Positions 56,124-64,000 of a DNA stretch of 64,000 bases are shown here, piece after piece; the first letter of the stretch is position 1; every line of letters begins with the position of its first letter. Origin of the DNA: an uncultured Candidatus Poseidoniales archaeon (GTDB lineage: Archaea > Thermoplasmatota > Poseidoniia > Poseidoniales > Thalassarchaeaceae); contig CAZXZO010000005.1 of NCBI GenBank assembly GCA_964645485.1, positions 10,290 through 74,289 on the forward strand, given 5' to 3'. Position numbers and translations under genes: made by a program. A model generated the notes under the pieces. It was not told where the DNA came from and did no database searches. It was given only the letters and a program-made list of their open reading frames with translations.

Positions 56124-57443
56124 TCAGACAGCTCCGGATTCAACTAATGTTTCCAAGTGTTCAATCGAACGCTTTGCCGCTGCTGCAACTTCCGAATCAT
56201 CATCGGTCATAGCATTTGCAAGGATTGGAACAACGGCAGGAAATGGATATCGGGCTAAGATTTCTACTGCCAATCTTCTGATGGAAGCAGATTCATCCTT
56301 AGCCGCGATTTGAACTGCTTCCATTGCCTTTTCTCCAGAAAAGTTGGAAAATTGCTTCAATGCAGCATAACGAACTTCTAAAATTTCATCTAGTAAGCCT
56401 TGTTGCAATAATGGTATATCTGATGGATGTGCACTTCTGCCAATCGCTTGGTAAGCAAATTTCCTTACACCAGAATCTGAATCTTTAATCGCTTCAGCTA
56501 AAATTTCGTTTGCGACAGAATCTTCTAAGCGACCAAGAGCAGTCACACATCCTCTTCTAACAAGTGGGTTGTCATGGCGGATTCCTTTGATTAACGAATC
56601 AAAATGACCTATCATTACTAATGATGCAGTTGCTGCAGTATGAAGTTCCTCTTCAGATAATATTTCGACTAGAGGTGGAGCACCTTTTACGTCACCAATC
56701 ATGCCTAGGGCTTCTATCATTTGCGTTCTACTTGCAATATCATTGCTGTTATCAGCTGCAAGTTGGGAAAGTTTCGTGGTTGCCCTATATCCAAGCCTAA
56801 ATGCCATTTCAGGGTCTTTCCCTGCTACAGCAACTCCTTCTTGGATAGTTTGATTGATGCCGACTATTCGAATAACTGTTTGAATTATCATTAAATCAAT
56901 CGAAAGCAGAATGAACATCACAAGATGTCTTCCACCAGAGGCATCTAACTGTACTCCTGAAACGTGTATACCATAAACTTCTGACCAGTCTAAGAATGAC
57001 CTAAAAAGCAAGTCTAACCCAAATAATCCCCATGTTTCCCACGTAGAATTATCGGGCACTTCATACAAGTCAAACAGTGAGTGTGAAGTTTGGAGTAACA
57101 TCGGAACTAACGGAACCATTTGCAAGGCAGCAAGTCCTGCCGTAATTCTTAAATCAGGTAAATTATCTGGATTTTGGTCCTCTAATTTTTTTGCAATTCT
57201 TGCTCTTAATGACTCATTTTGAGCCCATGCCCTTCCAACAGCTAATACGCCAATATACCCAACCCAAATAGCCACAAGAGCGAAAATAGGGGGGGCAGAT
57301 ATAGCCGCGACATAAATTCCACAATAAACTGAAATGAATAAAAAATGACGAGGAATCGGATTTACAATTGATACACCAAACATTTTGGCATAACTAGCAA
57401 GAAATTCATCCAAAGTGAGAAAGAACTGTTTGACCTTCTCCAA
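56124..57443 (-). CDS. Membrane protein with C-terminal HEAT (PBS-lyase-like) repeats
   Basis: N-terminal ~200 aa with 4-5 TM helices. C-terminal repeats such as 'DNPLVRRGCVTALGRL', 'DSDSGVRKFAYQAIGR', 'DESASIRRLAVEILAR'. Start is TTG 57443 or ATG 57383. Confidence 0.6.
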   Translation of the reverse strand: MEKVKQFFLTLDEFLASYAKMFGVSIVNPIPRHFLFISVYCGIYVAAISAPPIFALVAIWVGYIGVLAVGRAWAQNESLRARIAKKLEDQNPDNLPDLRITAGLAALQMVPLVPMLLQTSHSLFDLYEVPDNSTWETWGLFGLDLLFRSFLDWSEVYGIHVSGVQLDASGGRHLVMFILLSIDLMIIQTVIRIVGINQTIQEGVAVAGKDPEMAFRLGYRATTKLSQLAADNSNDIASRTQMIEALGMIGDVKGAPPLVEILSEEELHTAATASLVMIGHFDSLIKGIRHDNPLVRRGCVTALGRLEDSVANEILAEAIKDSDSGVRKFAYQAIGRSAHPSDIPLLQQGLLDEILEVRYAALKQFSNFSGEKAMEAVQIAAKDESASIRRLAVEILARYPFPAVVPILANAMTDDDSEVAAAAKRSIEHLETLVESGAV

Positions 57444-57643
57444 TCCAATCCCTCAAAGATGCGACGAATCTCGTCTACTCTTTGATGGTTTCAGCAAAAA
57501 GAAAAGTTTAGTGGTGTTTTCTAAGGAAATTAGTTTCCACCAAATTCACCTGTGATGGGATATTAGCAGACAATAATCAACAACTCACCAACAATAAGAT
57601 TGAATGCCCAATATCATAAACATCTGCCCCTCCACAAACAAAT

Positions 57644-57808
57644 ATGCCTCCTGGTTGGTACATTTTGTTACTGATCTGTGCCCTTTGCGGAGCAGGGGTG
57701 TGGTATCTCTCAAATTTTACCCAGAAAGTTGAGTGGCTTAGATTACTCTCGGGAATTGGTATTTGCTCAATGTTAGCCCTCGTTATTTGGACTTGGCAAA
57801 TTACCTAG
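57644..57808 (+). CDS. Unannotated 54-codon ORF encoding a two-helix hydrophobic peptide
   Basis: My translation: ATG 57644 to TAG 57806-57808, MPPGWYILLLICALCGAGVWYLSNFTQKVEWLRLLSGIGICSMLALVIWTWQIT. It is below the 60-aa cutoff of the ORF track and ends 8 nt before the ATG of the next gene. Confidence 0.35.
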   Translation: MPPGWYILLLICALCGAGVWYLSNFTQKVEWLRLLSGIGICSMLALVIWTWQIT

Positions 57809-57816
57809 GTGAGTTT

Positions 57817-58323
57817 ATGTCTGATTTGAAGGGAAGTGGTGATGAAAGAGAATCTAGTTTGGCAGGTTCTTTTCCTATTCGTGCACCTGTTTGGTGGGGG
57901 AGAAGGGGAGAAAGTCGCCCCCATCCTGAATTACCAGGAGTTTCAGGGAGATTTATCCTTCTGTGTCATTCCAAATCTTTCCGCAGGTTTGAAGGATTCT
58001 TAGCCAAATTATTGAGAGCGCCAAAAGACCTTCGTCGGCCTCTAGACGAAATGAACAGTCTTCTGTGGGAGTTGAGTAACGGCCACCGGTCTTTTGAAGA
58101 AATAGTTTCAATCATGGATGAAACATTTACGGAACAAATTGCCCCTGCTGCTGAGCGAACTGAAGCTGCTTTGAGATTGTTGGGTGAACGCGGTTTCATC
58201 CTATTTTCTAAAACTGAGTTCGAAGAGGTTTGGCCAACTGGTCCAGGCATTGACCCGAACGGAAAAGTTTTGCAAATAGACGGAGTTGATACATCACCGA
58301 TTGCAGGAGACAAAATTGAATAA
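57817..58323 (+). CDS. PqqD-like (RiPP-recognition-element-like) domain protein
   Basis: 'LRRPLDEMNSLLWELSNGHRSFEEIVSIMDETFTEQIAPAAERTEAALRLLGERGFI' follows the PqqD pattern (L-N-x-x-x-x-x-[IL]-W-x-L-x-x-G-x-x-[ST]-x-x-E-I ... L-x-x-x-G-[LF]-[IL]). ATG 57817 (track start 57763). Confidence 0.5.
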   Translation: MSDLKGSGDERESSLAGSFPIRAPVWWGRRGESRPHPELPGVSGRFILLCHSKSFRRFEGFLAKLLRAPKDLRRPLDEMNSLLWELSNGHRSFEEIVSIMDETFTEQIAPAAERTEAALRLLGERGFILFSKTEFEEVWPTGPGIDPNGKVLQIDGVDTSPIAGDKIE

Positions 58324-61300
58324 TCACTTTTGACTTCCACACCGACTACAAACTTGTTGCCCTTCTCGACATTGTGAATGGCTGTATATTCCACAATCAG
58401 GACACTCAAACCACTGGTCACTCTGTGTTAAAACTCGTTCACAATATGAGCAATTTACCTGTGGTATTTTTTGTTCATCTGAGGCATCTTCAGGAGTCTG
58501 TTCTGCCGTTTCTCCTACTTCAGTAGAATCAGTATTCTTATCTTCCCCATCATCAATTTCATCAACTGATGTTACAGGCGCAAGCGTATCTAATGCAGCC
58601 GCGGTATTTGGTAGGTGGTTCTCTTGTTCTTCTTCCATTGCTGGTTGTTCAGTTACCCCCAAACTTCCAAACGCTGAGTGTAGGTTCTGGGTTTCACCTT
58701 GGCTGGGTGATGTTGGCTCCGGTGCAGATGGTTGCAATGGTTGAGCGGCTCCTTGGGATTGTTGATATTGTACTTGGGCTGCATAGGCTGCTTGTTCTTG
58801 GCTCGCTTGAATTGCTTCAGATACTTTTGCGATTTCATTTGCTTCTTCACGCCTTAATTCTGCAATCTTATCTTCAGTCCAGCCTGCTGCTCTATATTGT
58901 TCATCAGTGATGGTGCTCTGTTGTGGCATCGTGATTGGAGCCGCTTGGACGGGCGTCTGCATTACAGGTTGAGCAGTTTGTTGCTGGGCGGCTTGAACTG
59001 CTGGTTGAACAGTCTGCTGTTGAGGTACATTCACAGTTGGCTGAGCAGCATGTTGCTGGTGAGAGGAGACGTCACTTTCTTCATCTTCTTCGTCATACTC
59101 AACCATAGATTTCCTTCGTCTATTTATCGCAATCACCATGAGACAAACGAATATTAGGAAAACTAAACCGCCAACGCCAATCATCAATGGGATTTGCTCT
59201 TCAAAATCTATTAATCCAAAAACAAGACCTCCTGGCTCTGTTTCTTCGGATGCAATTGTTAGTTCTGCACCAGTATACCACAAGGTTTCATTTTCGCTGG
59301 TAATTGAGAGTTCCAGAGGAATGTAATCTGTGTGCTTAGGTGCGACCAATTCACAATCCCAACCAATAGTTCTGCCAGCAGGGTCGTTAGTAGATGGAAC
59401 GACCAAATTCCATGTATATATTGACTGATCTAAATTATTACACTTGACAGACCATATTTCACCCTCGGGGATAGTGAGTTCTAATTCTTCTGTGAAAGAA
59501 GAATAACTTGTCACATTAACCTTGAACATTAATTTCTCACCCGGATTCAGTTCCGGTATTTGTGAGAGTGTATTTTCAAAGTTTAATTCTCTATGTGAAG
59601 TGACAGTTAGTATTAATGTCTCATTTATGATTTGAGGGTCTCCTTGAATATCTGGACTTGCCTCAAATACAATAGAGAATACTACTCTAGTGCCTACCGG
59701 TAAATCAGAAGAAACGGTGATGAGCCACTGTAAATCTTTATTTTGTTGTGGAGTTAATCCCAAATCCATCCATTGGTTTAGGTGAATACTCGTTCCTCCA
59801 TTTGAAAGCGTTGAAGTAATCCCTGGCAAAAGTGTGTCAGCAACAATTCTAATTCGCATTGCCCCGTCTACAGCATTACCATCATTCAATACGCCAAGGG
59901 TCACCAAATGCATCGAATCTGTCCGCACATCAAGGACATCTGTATCCATTGAAAGAACCGGTCTTGTAACCCTGTTTGTTCGGACTGAGAATGAATGTTC
60001 ATTATCACTCGGAGTTAGGTCCTCACCGTCACTAGGTACGACTGAAACGTCTATCTCTATCTCAAGATTTGCTTCTTCTCCTCCAGGTGGTGTAAAAATT
60101 ATCTGTACTTGAGCGATGTGGTTTAATTCATAAGAAGGGGAAAGAGAAATTGGTCCACTCAATTCTGTCGCTTCCACCTCTATATGATACTCCCACGTGC
60201 TTGGGATTCCTTCGACTAATAGGATTGCGTGTTCAGGCCCGTTACCGTTATTTTCAATTTCATATGTAGCCGAAGAAGGTTGGCCTGGAGTTACATTTGT
60301 TGGGACCCCTAACACTCTCAATATAATGTCATGTAGCATCGTTACCCGAACCCCTCCGTAAGGTGTTGAGAGCGCACTAGTTCCAGAAGTTGTGCTAGTG
60401 ACAATTGGAGTAAGTAATGGTGCTGGGTCGCCAGATTGTGCATTTTCTGGGGCGGTCAAGGTTACGAGAATTCTGCCACTTTCACCCGCTCTTACTACCA
60501 AAGTTGTTGATGCAGGTAGTGTGGCATTCCAACCTCTCATATTTGTTGTATCTAATTGGAAACTGAAGGTATCTTGACTAGTTGCATTATTCCACACTGT
60601 GAATGGAATAATTACGGATTCCGATGGTTCAACCCACCAACCATCTGCTGGAATATCATCAGGATTAACATTTACTTCTGCATCTGAAATCATAGATGCG
60701 GTCAAATTTACCCGAATTGTGTCAGTTACTAAATTATCAGCTTGACTAATTGCCGTTACATCGATTGATGCAGTCTGGCCAGGTAATGCCGTATTCGGGA
60801 TATCGGCTTGCAATAGAACTTGGGCAGTATTCCCAGGTGCAATTGTCACAGTTGGTGGTTGATTGAAGGATACGTCAAAAGTCCAATTCGCCCATTGTAC
60901 TACTGGAGTTGAAGTAACTGCAAAGGTGTCTGAACCGTCGCCAATATTGGATAGATTGATGGAAAACTCACAAGAACTGCCGGGAAGGCAATAATTGCTG
61001 CCTTGTGTAGGGTCCCAACTTGGGATATACTCTGGGTCAACTAGTGTATTCAGCACCACATTTGACGATGTTGAAGGATGCAGAGTTGAACTGATAGTTG
61101 CTGTGGCTGTTTGACCACCGACTGGAGCCCCAGGCCCCGGTTTGATTTGGGCTTGGAAATTGAAAGTTTGACCCGGTTCAACTTCGATTGTCATAGAAGG
61201 TAAAATTGTAGAACCTGACATGTGCACAAATTGGTAATCCCAACCATTTGGTAAGCCTGACAGGCTAGGTTTATAGAAATCAGTAATATTCCCTTCATTT

Positions 61301-62529
61301 GTTATAGAAATAGCGTGTTCAGCCCAATGTCCTCTTCGAGCATGGCCATCAGCACCTTTTGTCATCCCAACATTAAACTCTTCAGGCCAGGCTTTTTCAT
61401 CATAGACGACCACAATATCTTCCAGCCAGTAACCTTGGGCATTTCCAGAGGCATCTGAGATGAATCTAAACCTAAATTGAGTCTGAGAACTCAAGGTTGA
61501 CGGCGGTATGTTGAATCCAGGCCGCGAAGTGCCACCAGGCATATTGATTTCATTTTGAATTAACCAATTTGTGCCATCAGTTAGATCCGCATCAACCACT
61601 CCATCAAATGAAAATCCATTGTTCACAGTATTTACCCAATTGCCTGATGATGGCTGATACCACTCAATGCGAATACCATCCCCTCCACCTGCCGAACCAG
61701 TGTAGAAAAAACCAAGTTTTCCGTATGTATTGGGGTTTGGGTGTGCATTAGAGAAATCTAGGACAGGGCTAGTCAATGACCGGTCCCAATTTTGTCCATG
61801 GGTGCTACTTGTACCTCCGGTGCCTATATTGAAGGCAGAATTAGACAGGCTGACTGCAGAATCTAGTTGCCACCCTGTAGCAAAATTCCAAGTTCCTTGA
61901 GCATCTGCATTATCATAGAATTGTCCAACGGCTAATGATCTTGTGAGGGCATCATTTCCTTTGTTGTCATCATTCGCTATGAGAGTCGTTGCAATCATGG
62001 TGTGATTCCCACCGTATTTTGGTGCCCAAGTTGTAGATGTTGTAGTGGTACCTCCTGAACCGATTGAGTTGACATTGAGTGTTGAGTTAAAAATTTCAAA
62101 TCCACTGTATTCATTGTGGATTACAACCAACTGAAGCGTAAATGCTCCAGATGCCGTGGTTCCTGAATTTTCGACCGTGATTTGAATTCTCGAGGTTACA
62201 TTAACCATACCGTCAATCACGAATAGGCTAAGTGGGCGGTTGAAACTACCTCCGGTAGGGTCTGCACTCGACAATAATCGGTATTTATTTTGGTCTGCGG
62301 AATTTGTATATGTTATCTCAAATTCTGTTGGTCGTACATCTATTCCACTCGCGGCTTCTGATTCTTGAACCAACAGGGAAGTCGCTAGACTAGTTGTGCT
62401 CATTGCTAGCAAAAGAGCAACGGCAAGAAGAGCCGACCTGACTGACGTTGATGACATGTTCTCTTTCGCAACCCTTCTCTTGTATATTTGAAGTAGTCGG
62501 TCCAATAGAAGGGAATCATAGATTCCCAT
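58324..62529 (-). CDS. Giant (1401 aa) envelope/S-layer-like protein: signal peptide, many Ig-like beta domains, single TM, ~300-aa cytoplasmic Q-rich tail ending in a zinc-binding module
   Basis: Signal 'MSSTSVRSALLAVALLLAMSTTSLA' (alternative start 62457). Repetitive beta-rich ectodomain. TM 'IPLMIGVGGLVFLIFVCLMVIAI' plus 'NRRRK'. C-terminus 'CSYCERVLTQSDQWFECPDCGIYSHSQCREGQQVCSRC'. Confidence 0.6.
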   Translation of the reverse strand: MGIYDSLLLDRLLQIYKRRVAKENMSSTSVRSALLAVALLLAMSTTSLATSLLVQESEAASGIDVRPTEFEITYTNSADQNKYRLLSSADPTGGSFNRPLSLFVIDGMVNVTSRIQITVENSGTTASGAFTLQLVVIHNEYSGFEIFNSTLNVNSIGSGGTTTTSTTWAPKYGGNHTMIATTLIANDDNKGNDALTRSLAVGQFYDNADAQGTWNFATGWQLDSAVSLSNSAFNIGTGGTSSTHGQNWDRSLTSPVLDFSNAHPNPNTYGKLGFFYTGSAGGGDGIRIEWYQPSSGNWVNTVNNGFSFDGVVDADLTDGTNWLIQNEINMPGGTSRPGFNIPPSTLSSQTQFRFRFISDASGNAQGYWLEDIVVVYDEKAWPEEFNVGMTKGADGHARRGHWAEHAISITNEGNITDFYKPSLSGLPNGWDYQFVHMSGSTILPSMTIEVEPGQTFNFQAQIKPGPGAPVGGQTATATISSTLHPSTSSNVVLNTLVDPEYIPSWDPTQGSNYCLPGSSCEFSINLSNIGDGSDTFAVTSTPVVQWANWTFDVSFNQPPTVTIAPGNTAQVLLQADIPNTALPGQTASIDVTAISQADNLVTDTIRVNLTASMISDAEVNVNPDDIPADGWWVEPSESVIIPFTVWNNATSQDTFSFQLDTTNMRGWNATLPASTTLVVRAGESGRILVTLTAPENAQSGDPAPLLTPIVTSTTSGTSALSTPYGGVRVTMLHDIILRVLGVPTNVTPGQPSSATYEIENNGNGPEHAILLVEGIPSTWEYHIEVEATELSGPISLSPSYELNHIAQVQIIFTPPGGEEANLEIEIDVSVVPSDGEDLTPSDNEHSFSVRTNRVTRPVLSMDTDVLDVRTDSMHLVTLGVLNDGNAVDGAMRIRIVADTLLPGITSTLSNGGTSIHLNQWMDLGLTPQQNKDLQWLITVSSDLPVGTRVVFSIVFEASPDIQGDPQIINETLILTVTSHRELNFENTLSQIPELNPGEKLMFKVNVTSYSSFTEELELTIPEGEIWSVKCNNLDQSIYTWNLVVPSTNDPAGRTIGWDCELVAPKHTDYIPLELSITSENETLWYTGAELTIASEETEPGGLVFGLIDFEEQIPLMIGVGGLVFLIFVCLMVIAINRRRKSMVEYDEEDEESDVSSHQQHAAQPTVNVPQQQTVQPAVQAAQQQTAQPVMQTPVQAAPITMPQQSTITDEQYRAAGWTEDKIAELRREEANEIAKVSEAIQASQEQAAYAAQVQYQQSQGAAQPLQPSAPEPTSPSQGETQNLHSAFGSLGVTEQPAMEEEQENHLPNTAAALDTLAPVTSVDEIDDGEDKNTDSTEVGETAEQTPEDASDEQKIPQVNCSYCERVLTQSDQWFECPDCGIYSHSQCREGQQVCSRCGSQK

Positions 62530-62537
62530 TACGGGAC

Positions 62538-63347
62538 TTATTCAGATTCTGTATCTTCGCCACGTTCGAAATTGATTCGCTGTTCCCGCTTGATGCTTGC
62601 ATAATAAATTCCCAAAGGTAATGCGAGGACCATCACGAAGCAAGCCAGAAGTGCCGTGAGGGACCAGACGGATTCTACAAATGGATTCAATTGAAATTGG
62701 TAAACATCTTCCAATTCGTGTGAGACTACTGTTTGTTGTAAGGACACTGTGTTATTATCTATAGCGGAATTCGAAGTTAATTTAATCAGCCAAAAAACAG
62801 TGTTATTGGAAGTTTCAACAATTTCTTCTGCTTCTGATGTAGCAGTGCTTAAATCAGGTGCTCGGATTGTTCCCATACCCGATAATGGCAGTTGATCGGA
62901 AAGAAGTCCTCGCAAATTAGCACTACCTTCACTATCTGCTTTGATTGAATGAGTGAATGCCAACTCGCAGTGGTTTTCAAGTTCAAAATTGGCATTACCT
63001 TGTAGGCAATTGAATTTGTCAGCATCATCACTTCCTAACATAGCATGGCTCCACCACATTTCACCACCGCTCGTAATTGTCAGAGTAGAATCTTCAGGTG
63101 CTCCTGTTAAGGTGAAATTTACCCAAGAAATTGAACCTTCAGAGGTGGAAGACCACGATAATGAATTGTTTTGTTGGTCAACGGGAGTAAGAGTCAAGTT
63201 ACTTTGCTCTAAATTTGATTCGTGCATGTAATATTCAGAGTTTAGGGAAGCAGAATACGCGGCATATGCCAAAACAAGAATCAAAGTGGCTGACAAACCA
63301 AGGAGAGTACGCAAAAGGTTTGGATTACGGGCCAGTGCTTTCTCCAT
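62538..63347 (-). CDS. Bitopic surface protein, operonic with the giant envelope protein
   Basis: 269 aa. N-terminal anchor 'LLRTLLGLSATLILVLAYAAY' and C-terminal TM 'LTALLACFVMVLALPLGIYY'. Its stop lies 8 nt upstream of the next gene. Confidence 0.5.
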   Translation of the reverse strand: MEKALARNPNLLRTLLGLSATLILVLAYAAYSASLNSEYYMHESNLEQSNLTLTPVDQQNNSLSWSSTSEGSISWVNFTLTGAPEDSTLTITSGGEMWWSHAMLGSDDADKFNCLQGNANFELENHCELAFTHSIKADSEGSANLRGLLSDQLPLSGMGTIRAPDLSTATSEAEEIVETSNNTVFWLIKLTSNSAIDNNTVSLQQTVVSHELEDVYQFQLNPFVESVWSLTALLACFVMVLALPLGIYYASIKREQRINFERGEDTESE

Positions 63348-63486
63348 TGCCTTTCCGACCTACCCACCCTGTTTGAAGTTGATGTTGCGATTAGTAATGA
63401 TTGAGCATGCTACCATGTGCCCCCCGTAGGGGGGACGATTGCGTTATATACGGACGGTCGGTCGGCGGGATGCTCAGGTCTTGCAC

Positions 63487-63957
63487 ATGACGACATTCCA
63501 CGATGTTCCAACAAATTTGCTTTTGCCAGTATTGGCAGAAAGAATGAACAGTTACGATTCAGTTTCTCGACCTGAATGGGCACTACATGTTAAGACCGGT
63601 GTACATAGAGAAAGACCTCCAACTCAAGAAAACTGGTGGGATATTAGGACCGCAGCGGTTCTTCGTAAGGTGGCAATTCATGCACCTGTTGGCGTAAATC
63701 ACCTTTCACAAATGTTTGGTGGCGCACGTGACAGAGGTAGTGCACCTAGTAGAGCAAAATCCGGTTCACGGCATATCACTCGTACAGTTTTACAACAGTT
63801 AGAACAAGCAGGCTTGGTTGAAACCAAGAAAAATACTGCAGGTACAATCACACTTGGCCGAGTATTAACATCCGCTGGCCACAAATTAATCAATGAAGTT
63901 GCACATGAAGTAAGACCTACCGCAGAAGCAACAGCACCAGGATTGACAAAGTACTGA
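63487..63957 (+). CDS. rps19e: Ribosomal protein S19e
   Basis: 'DVPTNLLLPVLAERM...PEWALHVKTGVHRERPPTQENWWDIRTAAVLRKV...GVNHLSQMFGG...ITRTVLQQLEQAGLVE' matches eS19. ATG 63487 (track start is TTG 63439). Confidence 0.85.
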   Translation: MTTFHDVPTNLLLPVLAERMNSYDSVSRPEWALHVKTGVHRERPPTQENWWDIRTAAVLRKVAIHAPVGVNHLSQMFGGARDRGSAPSRAKSGSRHITRTVLQQLEQAGLVETKKNTAGTITLGRVLTSAGHKLINEVAHEVRPTAEATAPGLTKY

Positions 63958-64000
63958 GCGGAGATAGGTGGGGTAGGTGTCAGAGGCAATGTCAATCGAT

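Noticed and set aside
57644-58323. A complete RiPP biosynthetic cluster.
   Set aside because: Only a PqqD-like domain and a small hydrophobic ORF are present. No modifying enzyme, protease or exporter is adjacent. The only radical SAM gene in the window is 34 kb away and looks like MqnC/MqnE.
63421-63435. CCCCCC-GTA-GGGGGG hairpin in the divergent region upstream of rps19e, as a possible RNA gene or tRNA fragment.
   Set aside because: It is too short, with no flanking tRNA-like arms. It may be a regulatory hairpin, but there is no further support.

Overview
Gene-dense, low-GC chromosomal segment of an archaeon, with about 46 protein genes and one structured RNA. I recognised no rRNA, tRNA, CRISPR array, transposase or integrase. 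Archaeal hallmarks are ribosomal protein S19e, archease, an alpha2-type tRNA-splicing endonuclease, geranylgeranyl reductase, a 7S SRP RNA and a family-B DNA polymerase. These sit beside very large secreted or anchored proteins (TSP3 calcium-binding repeats, PKD/Ig-like domains), an M6-like peptidase, a PNGase F-like lipoprotein and an RND exporter. Together they suggest a marine planktonic, protein- and glycan-degrading Thermoplasmatota-like lineage (Marine Group II-like). That taxonomic guess is inference only. Housekeeping content: pyrD/pyrK, topA, valS, serA-like dehydrogenase, Fe/Mn SOD, IscA/HesB, PepP, an aminotransferase, a futalosine-family radical SAM enzyme, and a cysteine-type NAD-linked formate dehydrogenase locus (fdhD, NuoE/F-like beta, alpha) with a divergent TrmB-family regulator. 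Most interesting candidates: (1) a compact putative DNA-damage-tolerance cluster at 3.8-8.1 kb. It holds an SRAP abasic-site peptidase, a RecA/RadB-like protein with no P-loop, a family-B polymerase with unrecognisable Exo I and an altered motif C, and a small upstream ORF. (2) Directly upstream of that polymerase operon lies a head-to-tail array of about 10 degenerate 33-38 bp units. (3) A surface lipoprotein with a PNGase F-like domain retaining the catalytic Asp/Glu positions. (4) A 1401-aa envelope protein whose roughly 300-aa cytoplasmic tail ends in a C4HC3 zinc module. It lies next to a PqqD-like protein and an unannotated 54-codon membrane ORF. (5) TatC fused to a Cys-rich cytoplasmic domain. 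(6) An isolated CxxxY-type CcmE. All calls come from reading the ORF translations and DNA by eye. No searches or structure predictions were run. The ORF track uses TTG/GTG starts, so several start codons were adjusted and remain uncertain.
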